From Jimgerdemannia flammicorona (lineage: Eukaryota): DNA of 34,997 bases. A program made the position numbers and the translations under genes. The stretch is taken from contig RBNJ01000263.1 of NCBI GenBank assembly GCA_003990765.1, positions 1 through 34,997 on the forward strand, written 5' to 3'. The notes under the pieces are model-generated. The model searched no databases, was not told where the DNA came from, and saw only the letters and a list, made by a program, of their open reading frames with translations. Positions 1 to 13,347 of the stretch are shown here, one piece after another. The first letter of the stretch is position 1, and every line of letters begins with the position of its first letter.

Positions 1-35
<35 letters not shown>
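1..35 (+). repeat. poly(A) homopolymer at window start
   Basis: 35 consecutive A. Could be a retroelement tail or an assembly break; upstream context is not visible. Confidence 0.9.
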
Positions 36-37
<2 letters not shown>

Positions 38-1226
38 ACAAATCTACTTGTGTGGTGCATAGGGCACCAAGACAACTAACTGGTGGGGCATTTTTTTCGC
101 ACCGAACATTCCATTATTTGTTGAATGTGAAAGGGCCAGAGATTGCGATATCGTATATAAGCCGGTGAAATATTGATATGTTTACCCAGTCGTACCTGAC
201 AAGGAACGTGGCGAACATGGCGTCTTGGTCAAAGTGAAATCCCAATGATTGAGACCGTACGATTATTATCAATAAAATTATTCCTGTGGTCTATTGGTTG
301 CTGAGCGTGGACCTATGGCCCTCACAGGTTCTGCATATATTGACTGGCACAAATCCACCTTAATGTCACTAAGTTGTTCATTATCTCCAGTCTGGGTATG
401 CCTAAAACTACTTACTGATGAGGCCTCTTGGCAAGGGTCGAAACCGACAGATCTCTCGCTCTTGATTGTCGCTCAGAAGTTTTTTATACAGCAGAAATTC
501 GCCAAATATATTTATGTATGCAACATTGTACGTGGAACTTTGAGGATACCAATTATAATCACAAATTATACTGAGAAAAATACACAGTAGACAGAAAGTT
601 GTAATGATGCCAACGGATTGAAGGAGGATGATGAGAGGGTGATGGGTAATAGAGAATGAATGGAATGGGTGCATAATGATGCAACAAAAATACCAAAGAA
701 CGGGAAGGGGCACTCTCTAATATACAGAAACACATGAGATAATGACGTAAGATGAAAAAGAAAAAACAAACCATGATAAACACAAAGAGCAACAGGACAA
801 AGTGTAATGGGTATGGATGATGTTTCACAGTACCAAAAACGTACAAAAGAGGGCCACCGAAAAGAAGAGGGCGACTCGGGGACTACCATGTAAAAAGGTA
901 ATGATGCGGAATCCAGACAAGGGATGGCGCAGAGCGATGCAGAAGGCGCTCCTCTAGAGAAAGGTATTCGATAATCCGAAGGAAGCGTTGCAACTGGAAG
1001 GGAGGAATCGGATTGGTGTGGAGGGCAAGGAGTATGACTCAAATTTGGAGCTTCATCTAGTCTAAAGATCAAAGATCGTTGCTCTCAAGAAAGCCATTCT
1101 TGCGGAAAAAAAATAAAAATAAAGAATAAAAATAAAAATAAAACACAAGAAAATGTAACGTCGGAGAGCTGGTCTCCCTTCTATTATCTACGTCAAACAT
1201 ATTCAAGGTTATTTTGCCAAGACAAC

Positions 1227-4200
1227 TTAGAAGCACATGAACTTGCTCTTCTTATTCATAAGCTCCTCCATTCTGTTCTCCAAAATGTTCCTCGCCCTTT
1301 CCGCCTTGTCCTTGGCCTTCTTCTCCTGCTCAAGGGCCAATTCTAATTGCCTCTTCTCTTCTTTCACTTTAGCGAGGGAGCTTTCGATCTCACCGCGGGC
1401 GTGCTGAACCTCAGCACGGAGGTTGTTGACTTCTTTCACAAGAGCCTGCTTTTCTTTGTTGAGCATTTCGATCTGCTTTTTGGCGTCGCGGACTGTGTTC
1501 TCGGAGCGAGAAAGTTGCGCCTCCAACTTCGTGATGACTTCCTGGTGGGCCTTGACATCACCTTCTGTCGTGGTCAGCTTCTTCTGGAGAGCTTTGATGG
1601 TTTTCTCGTACTGCTCGGAAGTGTTAGTGCTGGTTTGGGTAACAGCACCATTCGAAGATCCGTTTGCGGATCCGGTACCGGACGAAGCGCGCTGCAACAT
1701 TGGCGAAATGGGGCGAGGCGGCGGGGGACTGCTCGGAGTAGGGCCAGGTGGAGGCGGGGGGAGAGCCGTGGGTGGCGGCGGGAGAGGGTTAGACGGCGGG
1801 GGCGTGGGGGGAGGCATCACACTGTAACCACGGGAACTAGAGTTCGAGGACGTCGAGGAACGCTTGAGATCTTCACCGACTAATTCGTCCAACGTGACAG
1901 AGTGGCGGTCGATATTGGAGAGTTTGTCTTCCAGGAGTTTAATAAGCTTGGCCTGCTGAGCGACGGTTGACTCGTACCGGGACAGTTTCTGCCGCAGTGC
2001 TGCGTCAGGGCCACCGGTGGGCGGTGGAGACATGACACGCGGAGGTGGCGACGTGACTCCTGATTCCCTCTGTCCTGATTCCCTCTGCGAAGAATAGCCC
2101 GAGTCCCTGCCGGAAACTGGGGAGGGCAAGTTTGCCATGGAAGGATGTCTGGAAACAGTCTGCTCGATCTCCTTCTCCAACCGATCATTTGCGCCAACCA
2201 ACCGCATGATTTCGGCTTGTAGATCCTTGGCCTCGACAGCTATCTTCTCGCGATGCTCCGTAAATTGCCCCTCGATATCTTTGATACGGATGAGCATATG
2301 CCCGTTCTCTTCCGTAAGCTCGGCAATTTTAGCCGCTGCGGTCTCGAGGTCCTGAGAAGGATCTAAAGCAGCAAGCTGCTCGCTTTGGGCGTCATACTTG
2401 ATGCTCAGCTCGTTGAGGCGGGCCTCCAGTTGGCTGCTCTGTTCCAACAGAACATTATGCTTCTCGACCAATAAGTCTCTGTCGTTCTGAATCTTGCGGA
2501 TGCGCTCCGCGGAAGCAGCGGACTCGGCACCGCCAGCAGCCTTGAATTCAGTGACCAACTTGAGCAGGCCCTCCTTTTCAGCCTGCAGCTGGTCCAGAGC
2601 GCCCGTGGCAGCGTCCAGTGCTGCAGTTTTGTCGGATATTTGAGACTCATAATCGCCCAATCGCTTCATAAGCTCCTTGACCGTTTCTTCGCTACCGATG
2701 CTCTGGCGTTTAACTATAGCCATTTCTTTCTCCAGTTCGCTGACTTTGGCCTTGTGTGTTTGAGCCGAATCCCCGGTCTCTGTGTGCTCGATCGCCATGT
2801 GCTCGAGATCCTTGGACAACCTGTGGATCTGTTTATCCAAATTGTCAGAGAGGACGTGGTATTCAGCGTTCTCGAGCTGCAATTGTTGGACTTTACTTTC
2901 GAGTTCAGCGATGCGAGTTTTGTATCCGTTCTCAATGACATTACTAATGGCTGCGCCAGCCGTACCAGCCGCACCAGCAGCAGAATCCCCGTTGCGGAAT
3001 CGGGCTACCTCCTGCATCAAATCCTCGATGGTCTTGACATCCTGTGCGATCTGCGTCTGGGCCTCGCTGAGCTTGGTTTGCAGATCCTGGGCATTGTTCG
3101 CCTTCTGCTCCTCCCTTCCCTGTGCGTCGGCCAAATCGTCGCGGAGCCGGTCGAGCACCTTCTCAAGGTCGACCACAACGGCCGCCTTCTCATTGGACTC
3201 TTGGCGGGTTGCCTCCAGATCTTTGAGCAGCCGGTCGAACCTCCGAGTGTTCTCGGCTTCGGCCTCGGTAGCAGAAGTCCGAAGATGATCGAGCTGAATC
3301 TCCAAATTGGCCAAGACCCTACTGCGCTCTTCCAATTCGGACACCATCGAACCTAATTCCGATACAGCTTTGATGCGCTCGTCCTCGGCCTCACGTACGG
3401 CAACTTGTAGCTCCTTCATAGATGCCTCCATCTCGCTAACAACCCTCGCGTGCGCCTGCTCCGAACCCTCTGAGCCGGCCAATAGATTGGCGATCTTGCG
3501 CTCTACTTCGGCCTTAGCCTCGTGGGAGGCCTGGGCCTTGCTCTCGTACTCGGTAATGATTCTGGCTCTCTCTTCCTCAGAGGCCGTGCCGGCCAAAGCG
3601 ATCTCCTCCACCTTTCTCTCCAACTCCTCCTGCGCGGTCAGCAGCCTCACATCCAACTCGCCGACCTTGACTTTGAGCGCCTCAACCTCCTGCTCCTTCT
3701 CCGTAATGACGATGTGCTTCCCCTCGAGTTCGGTTTTCAGATTCTGAACATTCTCCTCAAGAGCAGCAACGGTGGTCTCGCTCTTGCTAGCTCTCTCCGT
3801 CATCTCGGTAAGCTGAGCAATCAATTCCTCAGTCCTCCTCTCGACTTCCTCCTTCTGCGCGATCGCAACCTGCACGTTCGCCGCCAGCCGCTCAATCTCC
3901 GCTTTTTTGTCGGCGATCTCATTCTGCAAACTCGCAAGCTCAGACTCCAACCTGACAATCGTCTCCTTGCTAACCTCGAGTTCTTCGGCTCTGAGTTCGT
4001 ACTGCCTCTCCAAGTCATCTAGTTGATCCTGCACCTTGTTTGTTTTCTCGTCGTTCTTGCGCAAGCTCTTCTCGAGATGGTCAATAACCAACCTCAGCTG
4101 CTTCTTCTCGCGATCCATACCGGTGACGTCGCGACGAACTTTCTCAATCTCGGACTTGAGAGTCTCCACCAAAGTATCCTTCTCCTTTATCACTTTCTCT

Positions 4201-7200
4201 TTCTCCCACACCATCACATCCCGCTCGCCAACTTGCGTGCGGAGACCACTCGAAAGCTCCTCCATCTCCTTCACCTTGGTCTCCAAACCTTCGATGACTG
4301 CATCCTGCTTATCCTCAACCTGCTTTAGGGCTAGCATATCTAAGCGCAAGGTCTCCAACTCCTCCAAACGAGCGCTGAGTGCGATCTGCGACCCTTGCTC
4401 ATACTCGACGAGCTGATTGCGGAGGTTGGCAATCTGATCCTTGGAGGACTGGAGCTCTGTAGAGCAGTTGGAGTGGGTCGCCGCAAGCTTCTCGAGTTGC
4501 GAATGGAGAGACTCAACCTCGGCAGATTGCTGGATGGGGATCTCAACTACTCGAACATTCTCCTCAGGTGTAGGCACGATCTTGGGCTCCGATTGGGCTT
4601 CGACAACGATGACCTCCTTCTCGTTCGCCTCACGTTCTGCAACGCGGACAACCTCCAACTCTTCAATTTTTTTCTGCATGACTTCCTTCTCCGATTGCGC
4701 CCGCTCCTCCAAACTCTTCAGCTTGCTCTCCAGTTCCAACAGTTTTTCGCTCTCCACAACCCTCAAACCCTCGAGCTCGCGGACCTTCTTTTCCAGATCA
4801 GCCTTTTCCCTTGCATCAAATTTTACCTTGTTTTCGCCCTCTTCACCCATCTCGTTCAATTTTCTCAACGCCTTATCATGCTGCTCCTCAAGCAAAGCTA
4901 GTTCGGTCTCCAACCTCTTCACGGAAGCATTCAACATCGCTATCTCCGACGCATGCAGCATTTCAGCATCCTTTTCGTGCTGTTCAGCACCCTGTACCTG
5001 CGTGGCGAGATCGTCAGTTCGCGCGCGTAATTGAGTGAGCTCGCGGGTGAGCGAATCCCGTTCTGAGGTGAGAGCCTCGATCTCATGCCGCAGATGTGTT
5101 GTTTCTTCAAGGCGGCTCAGCTCCTCGACCTGTTCAGCAAAGTGAACCGACTTGTGCTTAGAGCGTGAATTGGCGGTTTCCTCCTCTTCCGTCGCGACTT
5201 CGGCAACATCCACTTCCCTTCTCTCCTTCTCGGCCAGCTTGATCTCATCCGCTTCGATCGGCGCTTCGCCCGCCAACCCGATCTGAGAACGCAGCGTCGA
5301 ATTAGCAGCCTGCAACGCTGTTTCGAGGGCCTTGACCTGCTCCAAGGCATCTTGATACTTACTGCTGATCTCGTTGATGTTAGCCAGCGTCTCTTGGTGA
5401 ACGCGTTGAAGCTGGATCATATCGGACTGCAAAGAGGAGATGCGGCGCTGCGCCTCCTCCTCCTTAACAAGAGCAGACGCAGTGGCGGCAGATAACTTGT
5501 TTTCAAGTTCCATAACAGCCTCTGAAGCGGCGGCGGCGGCATCGGCAGCGGCGTCACGGTCCGCGTCACTGTCACCGTTGACCTTGAGGTGACCATTCTC
5601 GCCGGCGGGAGTGGTAGGTCTGGACGTGGCGGCATGACGTTCCTCAGCGAACGAGCGTGACTGCTTCTTGCGCATACGTGGCTTCTCCACTCTACGCTCG
5701 TCATCCTCATCCGAGACGTTCTCATCCATGAAATCGCCGGTGACCTTGATCTCCCTTACGTAGTTGTTTTTCCGCTCCTCCTCCCACCGGAGACGCTCAC
5801 GCTCGAGCTCCTCCTTCTCTTCCTTCATCTTAAGCTTTAAATTCTCATTATCTTCCTCCAACAATCGGATGCGTTTATCGCGCTCGTCAAGCTCGGCAAG
5901 TAACATTTTCTGTGTATTCACGTCTTCGGCACGACGTACACGCTCCTTCAGATCCTCAACAATGCCGTCCTTTTCACTAATCCTCTCCTCCAGTCGCCCG
6001 ACCATGTCCGACAACTTCAGGACCTCCTGATCACTCGCGGCAAGCCTGGATTCAAGATCGTTGATATACTGCTCGGTCTTCTCGTCCGTTTCGCGGAACT
6101 TTGAGATCTTGTTCTTGAGATCGTCGAGTATCTCCTGATCGCGCGAGGCCTCCTTCGCAGTTGCCGTCAGTCGTGCTTCCAATTGTGCAATATATTGCTC
6201 AGAGTTTTGCTCGCGCTCTTGGAACTTGGATAACTTGCCACGGAGGTCAGACATAACGTGAAGCTGCGACTCCTGCAACGTTTCCTGGTGCTGAATCTTG
6301 GCCTCTTGTTCCTGCATGATGGCGTCGGAATGGTTGAGCGCCGCGCGGGTCAACGCGAGCTGCGACTCAAGCGACGAGATGGACTTCTCGTACTCTTCGA
6401 TCACGGGCTCCACGATCTGCTGGAAGTCCTGGGCAGTGCGACGGGCGGCCTCGGCGTCGTTGGCGGCATGGCCCTTGGTTTGGGAGGCTTCGCGCTGGAC
6501 GGCCTCGAGTTTCTTGTATTTTTTCAGTTCCATCTCAACTTGGCGGTTGCGATCTTGCAAGGTGTCGGTGTGTAGTTGCATCTCTTCAATCCGCAGTTGG
6601 AGCTGCTGGTCGTTGTTCGGAATAGCGGACATACCATCCTGATCGGTCGGGGTGGCAGGCGAGATGGAAGAAACGGAAGCGGTTTTGAGGGCCCGGAGCT
6701 CGGCTTTGAGCTTGGTGATCATGTTCTTGAGGAACTCGGGATTATCGTTGGCCATCCATTCCTCGTTCTTCTCGACTTTATTCTTGATGTTACGCGCGCG
6801 ATTGGCGTATTTGATGGTGTTGATTGTCTCTGTCAAGTTGTGCTCGGCGGGCGACGCGCATGCGATCATGAGCGTCTGCGCATTGCCACCGAGCGAGTCT
6901 TGAAGCAGTCGCGTGAGCTTGGAGTCGCGGTACGGGATATGTGACACTTTTTTGGACTGATCGCCAAGAGCGGAAATGACGTTGCCGAGAGCGGAGAGAC
7001 CAGCATTGATGTTGATACCTTCCTTCATACGTTCGCCAGCAGCGGATGTGCGCTTGAGCTGTGAAACATCGAATATGTCAGGATTGTCGCAACTTTCTAT
7101 ACCTGGCGTATTCCCACACACCAAGAACATATGATTAATCCATACCGATAACTTACCCTCTCACTTCCCGCCAGATCCACGAAATGGAACTTTGAATTCA

Positions 7201-8972
7201 CAACGACCCACTCTCCTTCCTCTCCATCCTCCGACGAGCCGCTCATGCTCTGCCGATGACTCGACATGGCGCTACCTGGTCGCTTTCCCCGCGAACCCGG
7301 GATTGGTGAAGGCGAACCACGAGATGAAGCCGGAGAGGTCGTAGGACTAGAACTTGGGACCCATTTCTCTTGCTTAAGAGTGACGGAGAAGATAGCGTGT
7401 GAACGCGAGGATTGCTCATTCATGTCAGTGGCGCCAACAGCACGATTGGCTGTGCCTTGCTCAAGGTAGCTGGTAAGAAATGAAAGGTCGTAGTAAGATT
7501 GAATTCCGAACCAGATTGTGGTCCAAACAAACATGTTCTGAAAGATGATTGACCAAATCCCGAGAAATTAGCCAATGCACCAATAAAGAAACCGAAAGAG
7601 AGGCTTACGTCAAAACATCATCCGTATTCCCAACGTTGACCTCTCTTACACCAGTCCAATAAATATTCCCCTTTGAATCCTCCCTAATATTGACGGCCGG
7701 CCGCTCCCCCGCCGGCGCACCGTTCAACAAGTCGATCAGTTCTTCGTTATAAATCTCAACGAAGCTCACTTTGACTGAATACTTGGTCTTGTGCGCGTTG
7801 CTGGTGGTGGCAACGGCCATGGAGAGTGGTCTCATGCGCGACGGAGTTCCTGCACGAGGCGGCATGCCAAAGGTAGGAGTGGGTGCCGCGGATTGGGCGA
7901 GAGATTGGAAGAGAGTGGTCATAGCGCGGGGGATGATGCCTGAAGATACAGATGGGTTTGATGGGCGAACGGGTGTTAGCGACATCCATATGAGAGCGGA
8001 TTCATGAGATCCTTTAAACACCAAAAGAACCTGTCATTTGATTCAATCACCTGCTTCTTCTGGATCATCATCGCCGCCATGCTTTGCCGTGCCCATCGTA
8101 TACGTTTTACCCGACGAGGTTTGACCCTGTCCGTTTTAATATATCGAAACAATAATTAGCGCCGGTCAGGCGACGATACTTAACCTAGATCAATGGAATG
8201 AGGCCGCAAGAAAAAACGATGGGCCAAAGATGATCTACCTCCCGCAGGAGAGATAGATGTGCTTACGTATGCTAGGATGGTTACATTGTAGCCTGAGAGC
8301 GAAAACAAACGGGAATTCTTCTTGTGAGATTCAATAATAATTTTCAGATATTTCGACCCTTAATCGGTTAGGTTAATACTGCTTTCTCGCCCTTAGCTAG
8401 TGCCACTTTTTTTTTTTTTTTTTTTTTTTGTGGAGGGGGGTATATAGCACATAGCCAAGCGAAGTACGCTGGCCAAATGGACAGTCCATCGCCCAACGCT
8501 CATGAATTCGGCCTCATCCACACATATCCTCAGATCACAACCCCCCCATCCAGCACTTGTCTTTTTTTGCCATTCCCCTTCTGTACTCTGTACACCAAGT
8601 TGTCCCTTACCTTCTACAAACTTCTCAATCAACTTGTTTCCCAACGCGTAGTAAACTTCCTCCTGTGTCGACTCCGGGCCAAAAATATAATCGAATGTGA
8701 ACGTTTTTTGGTAGGGAACAACGGTAAGGGTGTTGTGCGGAGGGATGGAGGAGATGGACAAGACATCGGACTCGCGGAGTTTGCTGAAGCGCGGTTGCGT
8801 TCGGTCGCGCTCCGTAAGGGGGCGGATGCGGAGGGCTGAGGCGGTTTGTGATAGGTTAGGTGAGGATTTTAGCCCGACCACAAAGGGTATTCCTGTGGTT
8901 GCAAAACTCCAGATTTGGGAGGAGGAACTCACCGACTTGCACCGCCATCGTCTGCGGTTCTTTTGACGCCAT
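1227..8972 (-). CDS. Kinesin-4 family (KIF4/KIF21/KIF27-like) motor protein, ~2280 aa, 7 exons: complement(join(1227..7058,7157..7469,7609..7939,8051..8126,8267..8292,8611..8835,8933..8972))
   Basis: All six introns are GT..AG with consistent phases (6843 nt CDS). Spliced protein: [46 protein letters not shown] (P-loop)..[20 protein letters not shown] (switch I)..FVDLAGSER (switch II)..[51 protein letters not shown]. This is followed by a very long coiled-coil stalk, a Pro-rich tail and the C-terminus KKSKFMCF. Subfamily assignment is from motif recognition only. Confidence 0.93.
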
Positions 8973-9179
8973 GTTATCGTGTATATGTAATTAGTTATGA
9001 TAGAAGGGGGAGGTGAGGTGAAAGCGGTTTTGCGATTGGGGTGAGGGGTGGTGGTGGTAGGTGACAGCTGGGACGGAAAGAAACAAGCAGCCAAAAATGT
9101 GGTTGTGTGATTTGTGTGCACGTTTATGTCAGTAAGAGGTGAATGATGGTGTATGAGTGAGTTGAGAAGCAGTTGATGA

Positions 9180-9352
9180 GGGGAGGTGCATGAGAATGGA
9201 TATTGAGGGAGGGAGGGCGTGGAGGAAGGAAAGGGGGAGGGGGAGGGAAAGGGAGGGGAGGGGAAGAGACTCGAAAGAACCCCTTGGTAGAGAGAGTCTC
9301 TGTAGACGGGTGAGTTCGTCCTTGCGGTACGTAAAAGGGGGAGGGGGGGGGG
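9180..9352 (-). promoter_or_regulatory. Pyrimidine (CT)-rich tract upstream of the kinesin start; likely promoter/5'UTR element
   Basis: Long G/A runs on + strand (C/T on sense strand) 200-380 bp upstream of the ATG; CT-rich boxes are common near fungal TSSs. Confidence 0.35.
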
Positions 9353-9456
9353 AAAGTGTTTGTTCGGATAAAGAAGAAAAAGGGTCTTGTCTGGAGGGCA
9401 GGACAGAAAGCTCTTTCTGCTCAGCCGGTGGCAGTTTGCTTCGCGGTTAAGTCTGT

Positions 9457-9490
9457 GCGACTGGCGACTGGCGACTGGCGACTGGCGACT
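9457..9490. repeat. Heptamer tandem repeat (GCGACTG) x ~4.9
   Basis: gcgactggcgactggcgactggcgactggcgact. Confidence 0.9.
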
Positions 9491-10479
9491 CGTTGCCTTA
9501 ACCGGCCTGCGCCTTAAACTGATTGGCACGCCTCGTACACGAGATCGCCTTGTCTGCCTTAAGGATGCCCCCGCAAGCTTGTATGCCCCATATCGAATCG
9601 TCCTGGCTGCTAAAGCTACCTAGTAAGATCTTGCGGAACGGACAAAGGTGGCGGCGGATAGCAAGGAGCCCCTGATTCCTCGGACGCCCCCGCCGTGGGT
9701 TCGTCTTCGCTTTGAAATCAATGCACGGGCGTCGGTTGCCTGATGTGCCGTGCAGAGCGTGTCACACAAAGCGTCTATCACAGTGGCGCATGTTCGCACC
9801 AGCACCAAGCGTACAATGGAACATTCACGCTCTGGTTATCCACATTTCGGTTCCGTAATCGGTTAGCCCTCCTTTGTTTGAGACCACGGCTTTCCAATCG
9901 TTCGCCACCAGAGTCTGGGATTCGGGATCCAATGCCAAAGTGTTCGCGGAGAGAGGGAGGATTTGGGCAGCGTAACGTGGGAGCCGAGACCCGTTATGAG
10001 TTGATGCATTATTCATAAAGCAAAAGGAACAATAAGGACCCTCGGATCTGAAAGTGTATATAAGACCCGGCGCGAAACCAACCTACAGGCTGGGTGATGT
10101 CGTCAGTGTGTGAGACGGAATTCGTAAGGCTCATTTGAGCCACACATCGTTATCATGTTACATTTGTCCACTTGCAGCCATCATTAATTGAACAATACTA
10201 TACTTCATGCTAAGCTGGCCATCTCAAGCGCTCCGTCAATGTTCGAAGGTTCATGATGAAAAAGCAAAAGTAACGGTGACGTCGTCCGGTATACTTATTA
10301 TGTGATGGATAGGATCTAGATCGCACCTGTTCGACTGCTTGGTGTGGAAACAGAACACGCGCAACATTATTGGCACGTGTTGCCAAAGTTATATAAACTG
10401 CCGGATATATCGCATAAACACATTGCTGTTTTCCTGTGAAAACATTAGTAAATATTGCAGTCAAACACCTGCTTTGATT

Positions 10480-11007
10480 GGTGATTACTGATTAAAATTA
10501 TGAAACATTTTATAATACTAGAAGTAAACTTTGAAAATAAAAATAGCAAAACTTTGAACATAATATAATTTTTTAAAATATTGAAATCTATAATAATAAA
10601 AAGGAACTCAAAATATTAGTAAATATATAAAAGAGGGTTATTTATTTTAGATTTACTTATAATTATTATATTTTAAGTATTTATAAAATATGATATATTA
10701 AATAAATAGAGATAAATTAAAAAGATAGAATATATATAAATATTTCAACAAATAAATATTTTATTAACTTTAAGTTTGATTTATAAATTACAATTTAAAA
10801 AGTCTAATATAAATAAATAATCTTATTTTTAAAATCTAGTATAAGATAAATTATTATAAAGAGATAATTTTTATTAAATTTTATTTTATATATTCTTTAT
10901 ATTAGTTTAAAATAATAATTTCTTTTTATTTATTATTATTTCAATTATATATATTTTTAATAAGATCAAGTCTCTGCAGATTTTTATTGAAAAGAAACCT
11001 AGACTAT
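10480..11007. other. Very AT-rich non-coding segment, probably an extremely decayed repeat, at the edge of the TE cluster
   Basis: Abrupt compositional switch from the CpG-rich promoter region; no CpG seen and no recognisable ORF. Confidence 0.5.
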
Positions 11008-12417
11008 TGTAATATATCAAAAATGTACCACCTGAATTATACCTTAGCCAGATGATATGAACAATTAGTAACTTAGCCAGATGATATGAATATATAGTAT
11101 AGTGACTAGATACAGCAACCATTGCTGCAAAAAAGTGTATAAATAGCCAGACTACCAGATAAGGTATATTTGTATAGAATCTGCACAACTTATCATAAGT
11201 AGCAAATCTATAGTTAGTCACATAGCAACCAGATAGCAACTAACTTGTATAAAATACCCCAGAGACAAGAGTGAATAAACCTCAGTCTGAATTAAATCCA
11301 AAGCAAAAGTCAAGTCTATCTATTATACTTCAAGAGGAACTCTATAGTCACTGCTAGGAGATTGTGAGCAAAAGTATTTCTTTCCACTCCAGTCTACTTT
11401 CTAATAAAAAGAAGAGTTTGTTATATTTTTGGTTTACTTGCCAGATAAGCCTGAAGAATCCAGTTTGCTGCCAAGTTCAAGTGAAGGACTTCACTGCCAT
11501 TTCTAAGTTATCCACATTTTCAGAAAGTCTAAGAGAAAGCTGCCTTGCTTAAGCCAGTTTCTGATATATAACTTTGCAGTAATCTATCATACAAATGAAG
11601 CCAGTCTTTGATGTAACTTTGCCAAGAGACTCTTTCTCAAAGTTATCAGTTATTCATATTTTCCAGTTGAAGCTATCAATTTAGGAAGAATCTGCACTAT
11701 TATATTTCTAGAGAAGCCTGTCAATTCAAGAAGAATCCATATCATCCAAGTTATCCACACTATCTAAGTTATTATTCCCAGAAAAGCCCAATTCAGAAAA
11801 ACTCATACTATCTGAGTTATTTTCCAGTTAAAGCTGCTGCTTTCAAGAAGCCTGCTAATTTAAGAAGAATCTGCTACCAGTATAATTCCCAGTAAGCTGT
11901 CATTTCAGTGAATCTGTACCAAATTGAGTTATTTACCAAATCTGCATAAAGAAGTCTGCCAAGATCACTATACCAGAAATTGCATACTTTTGGAGATCAT
12001 CATACTATATAGAGATCATTGCACTATATAGAGATCATCATACAGAAATTACATAAAGAAAACCACTAAATTGTCAGACTGTCACATATAAGAAGATTAT
12101 CACAATATAGAAATTACCTGCTACTTAAGAAGGAAACTGCTCACACTATACACAAAATTCTACCAATTCTCAGTTGACTCAAAAAGGAAACCCATTTACA
12201 CACAAATCACTGCTACACTCAGAAAACCATCCCAATTAGGAAATCAACATACAAATTACTTACAGATATCCAGCTTGACTATTATACTACTAAACACTAA
12301 AGACCTCAGGAACCTTAGAACATTTTGTTGCTTTTTGACAAAGTAACTGAGGGTTTAAGCCAAACTACATCAATCTCTAACCTTATAATTTGTCTTCATT
12401 GAGTCAGGCATGTTATA
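11008..12417 (+). repeat. 5' LTR of Gypsy copy A (1410 bp)
   Basis: Starts TGTAATATA, ends TGTTATA (decayed TGTTACA). Inverted homolog of 21855-23188 and 30674-32009. TATA-like gtataaaata at ~11247 and AATAAA at ~11274. Confidence 0.88.
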
Positions 12418-12419
12418 TT

Positions 12420-12437
12420 TGGAGGCTCAACTAAGAA
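12420..12437 (+). promoter_or_regulatory. Putative primer binding site (tRNA-Pro-like)
   Basis: TGGAGGCTCAACTAAGAA lies 2 nt after the LTR and starts with TGG (complement of tRNA CCA). It resembles the tRNA-Pro PBS TGGGGGCTCGTCCGGGAT once transitions are allowed. Confidence 0.6.
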
Positions 12438-12975
12438 GATTTCAAAATCAACATAACTTTTTAGCTCATAAGAACCTATAGTCAAACTGGATACATTTTA
12501 TACAATACCAATCTCTACCACTACAGAAGAACCAGTTATCACCAGTATCTGGACAAGAAGAGAAGTAATCATATTAAGACTTACCAACTACTTAGCATCA
12601 GAAGGATCCCAACTAGAACCAGAAACTAGTATAGCCCAAAATCCCCAACCAGATCAACCAGACAATACAGATGACTCTGTCGGAGATTTTGAAGAACTTG
12701 CACAAGAACTAAAAGATCTTATCATATAAGCCTGAGATCTTACAGCCAGATACCCCATACCAGTCCTATCAATCTCACTAATAGAATCTTTACCACAAGC
12801 CCTTGCAGAATTAGAAATAGCTCCTACAAGAATACTTAGGTTTATTCCACTTCATCTAAGGTCCAGAACACTATTCTCAGGATACCCAAGCACCTCTATC
12901 TCTAGTGATAGTTCAGAGAGTGAATCTGAATCAGAATCAGAACTAGAACCAGAATCAAAAGAAAGTGATAATGAA

Positions 12976-13253
12976 ATGGCCACCTCACTGCCAACTTTTG
13001 CAGGATACCCAGAAGAAGACCCCAGAGAATTCCTTGATAGAATTGAAGAAATCGCAGTCCTGAGGAATCTCTTAAATGAAAGAAAAATCACCATCTATAA
13101 GACCCAGCTCAGAGAATCAGTCAGAGGAATCTTCCATCAAACAGCAAATGACCCAAATTCAGAACTGGCAAGACAGATACAAGCAGCAGTATCTTATGAG
13201 CTAGAATATGCAGCCATAGTCCACTAGCTCATTGAAAAGTATACAGGAAATAA
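12976..13253 (+). pseudogene. gag: Gypsy A gag, N-terminal part up to the LINE insertion
   Basis: MATSLPTFAGYPEEDPREFLDRIEEIA.. (F-x-G..ED..FL gag motif); in-frame stop at 13225. The true start may lie further upstream. Confidence 0.8.
13235..13253 (+). repeat. Left target-site duplication of LINE-1 copy (AAAAGTATACAGGAAATAA)
   Basis: Identical 19-mer at 19044-19062; the uninterrupted site is visible in copy B at ~29826-29859 (minus). Confidence 0.93.
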
Positions 13254-13347
13254 CAGATGCAATCACAGCTTTCACCAGTACTATTTGGGTGACACAAGAC
13301 TCAGACAATACTTTTTACAACGTTTTTGGTATCAGACGACTAGCAAC

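Noticed and set aside
294..1072. Short ORFs downstream of the kinesin
   Set aside because: No recognisable motifs; consistent with 3'UTR/intergenic DNA.
7059..7130. N-terminus of the 1967-aa ORF in the track ([10 protein letters not shown]..)
   Set aside because: Intron sequence; the exon starts at 7058 after a CAG acceptor and joins DLAGSER to LKRT.
1347..8007. Many plus-strand and alternative-frame ORFs over the kinesin
   Set aside because: Shadow ORFs caused by the codon bias of a GC-rich coiled-coil gene.
8393..9529. 378-aa minus-strand ORF
   Set aside because: Only 8611-8835 is kinesin exon 2 in this frame; the rest is low-complexity promoter, UTR and intron read-through.
13254..13347. 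LINE 5'UTR as a captured U5 snRNA or ribozyme
   Set aside because: Only vague resemblance; the invariant U5 loop GCCTTTTAC and hammerhead core motifs are absent. An Infernal/Rfam search would settle it.
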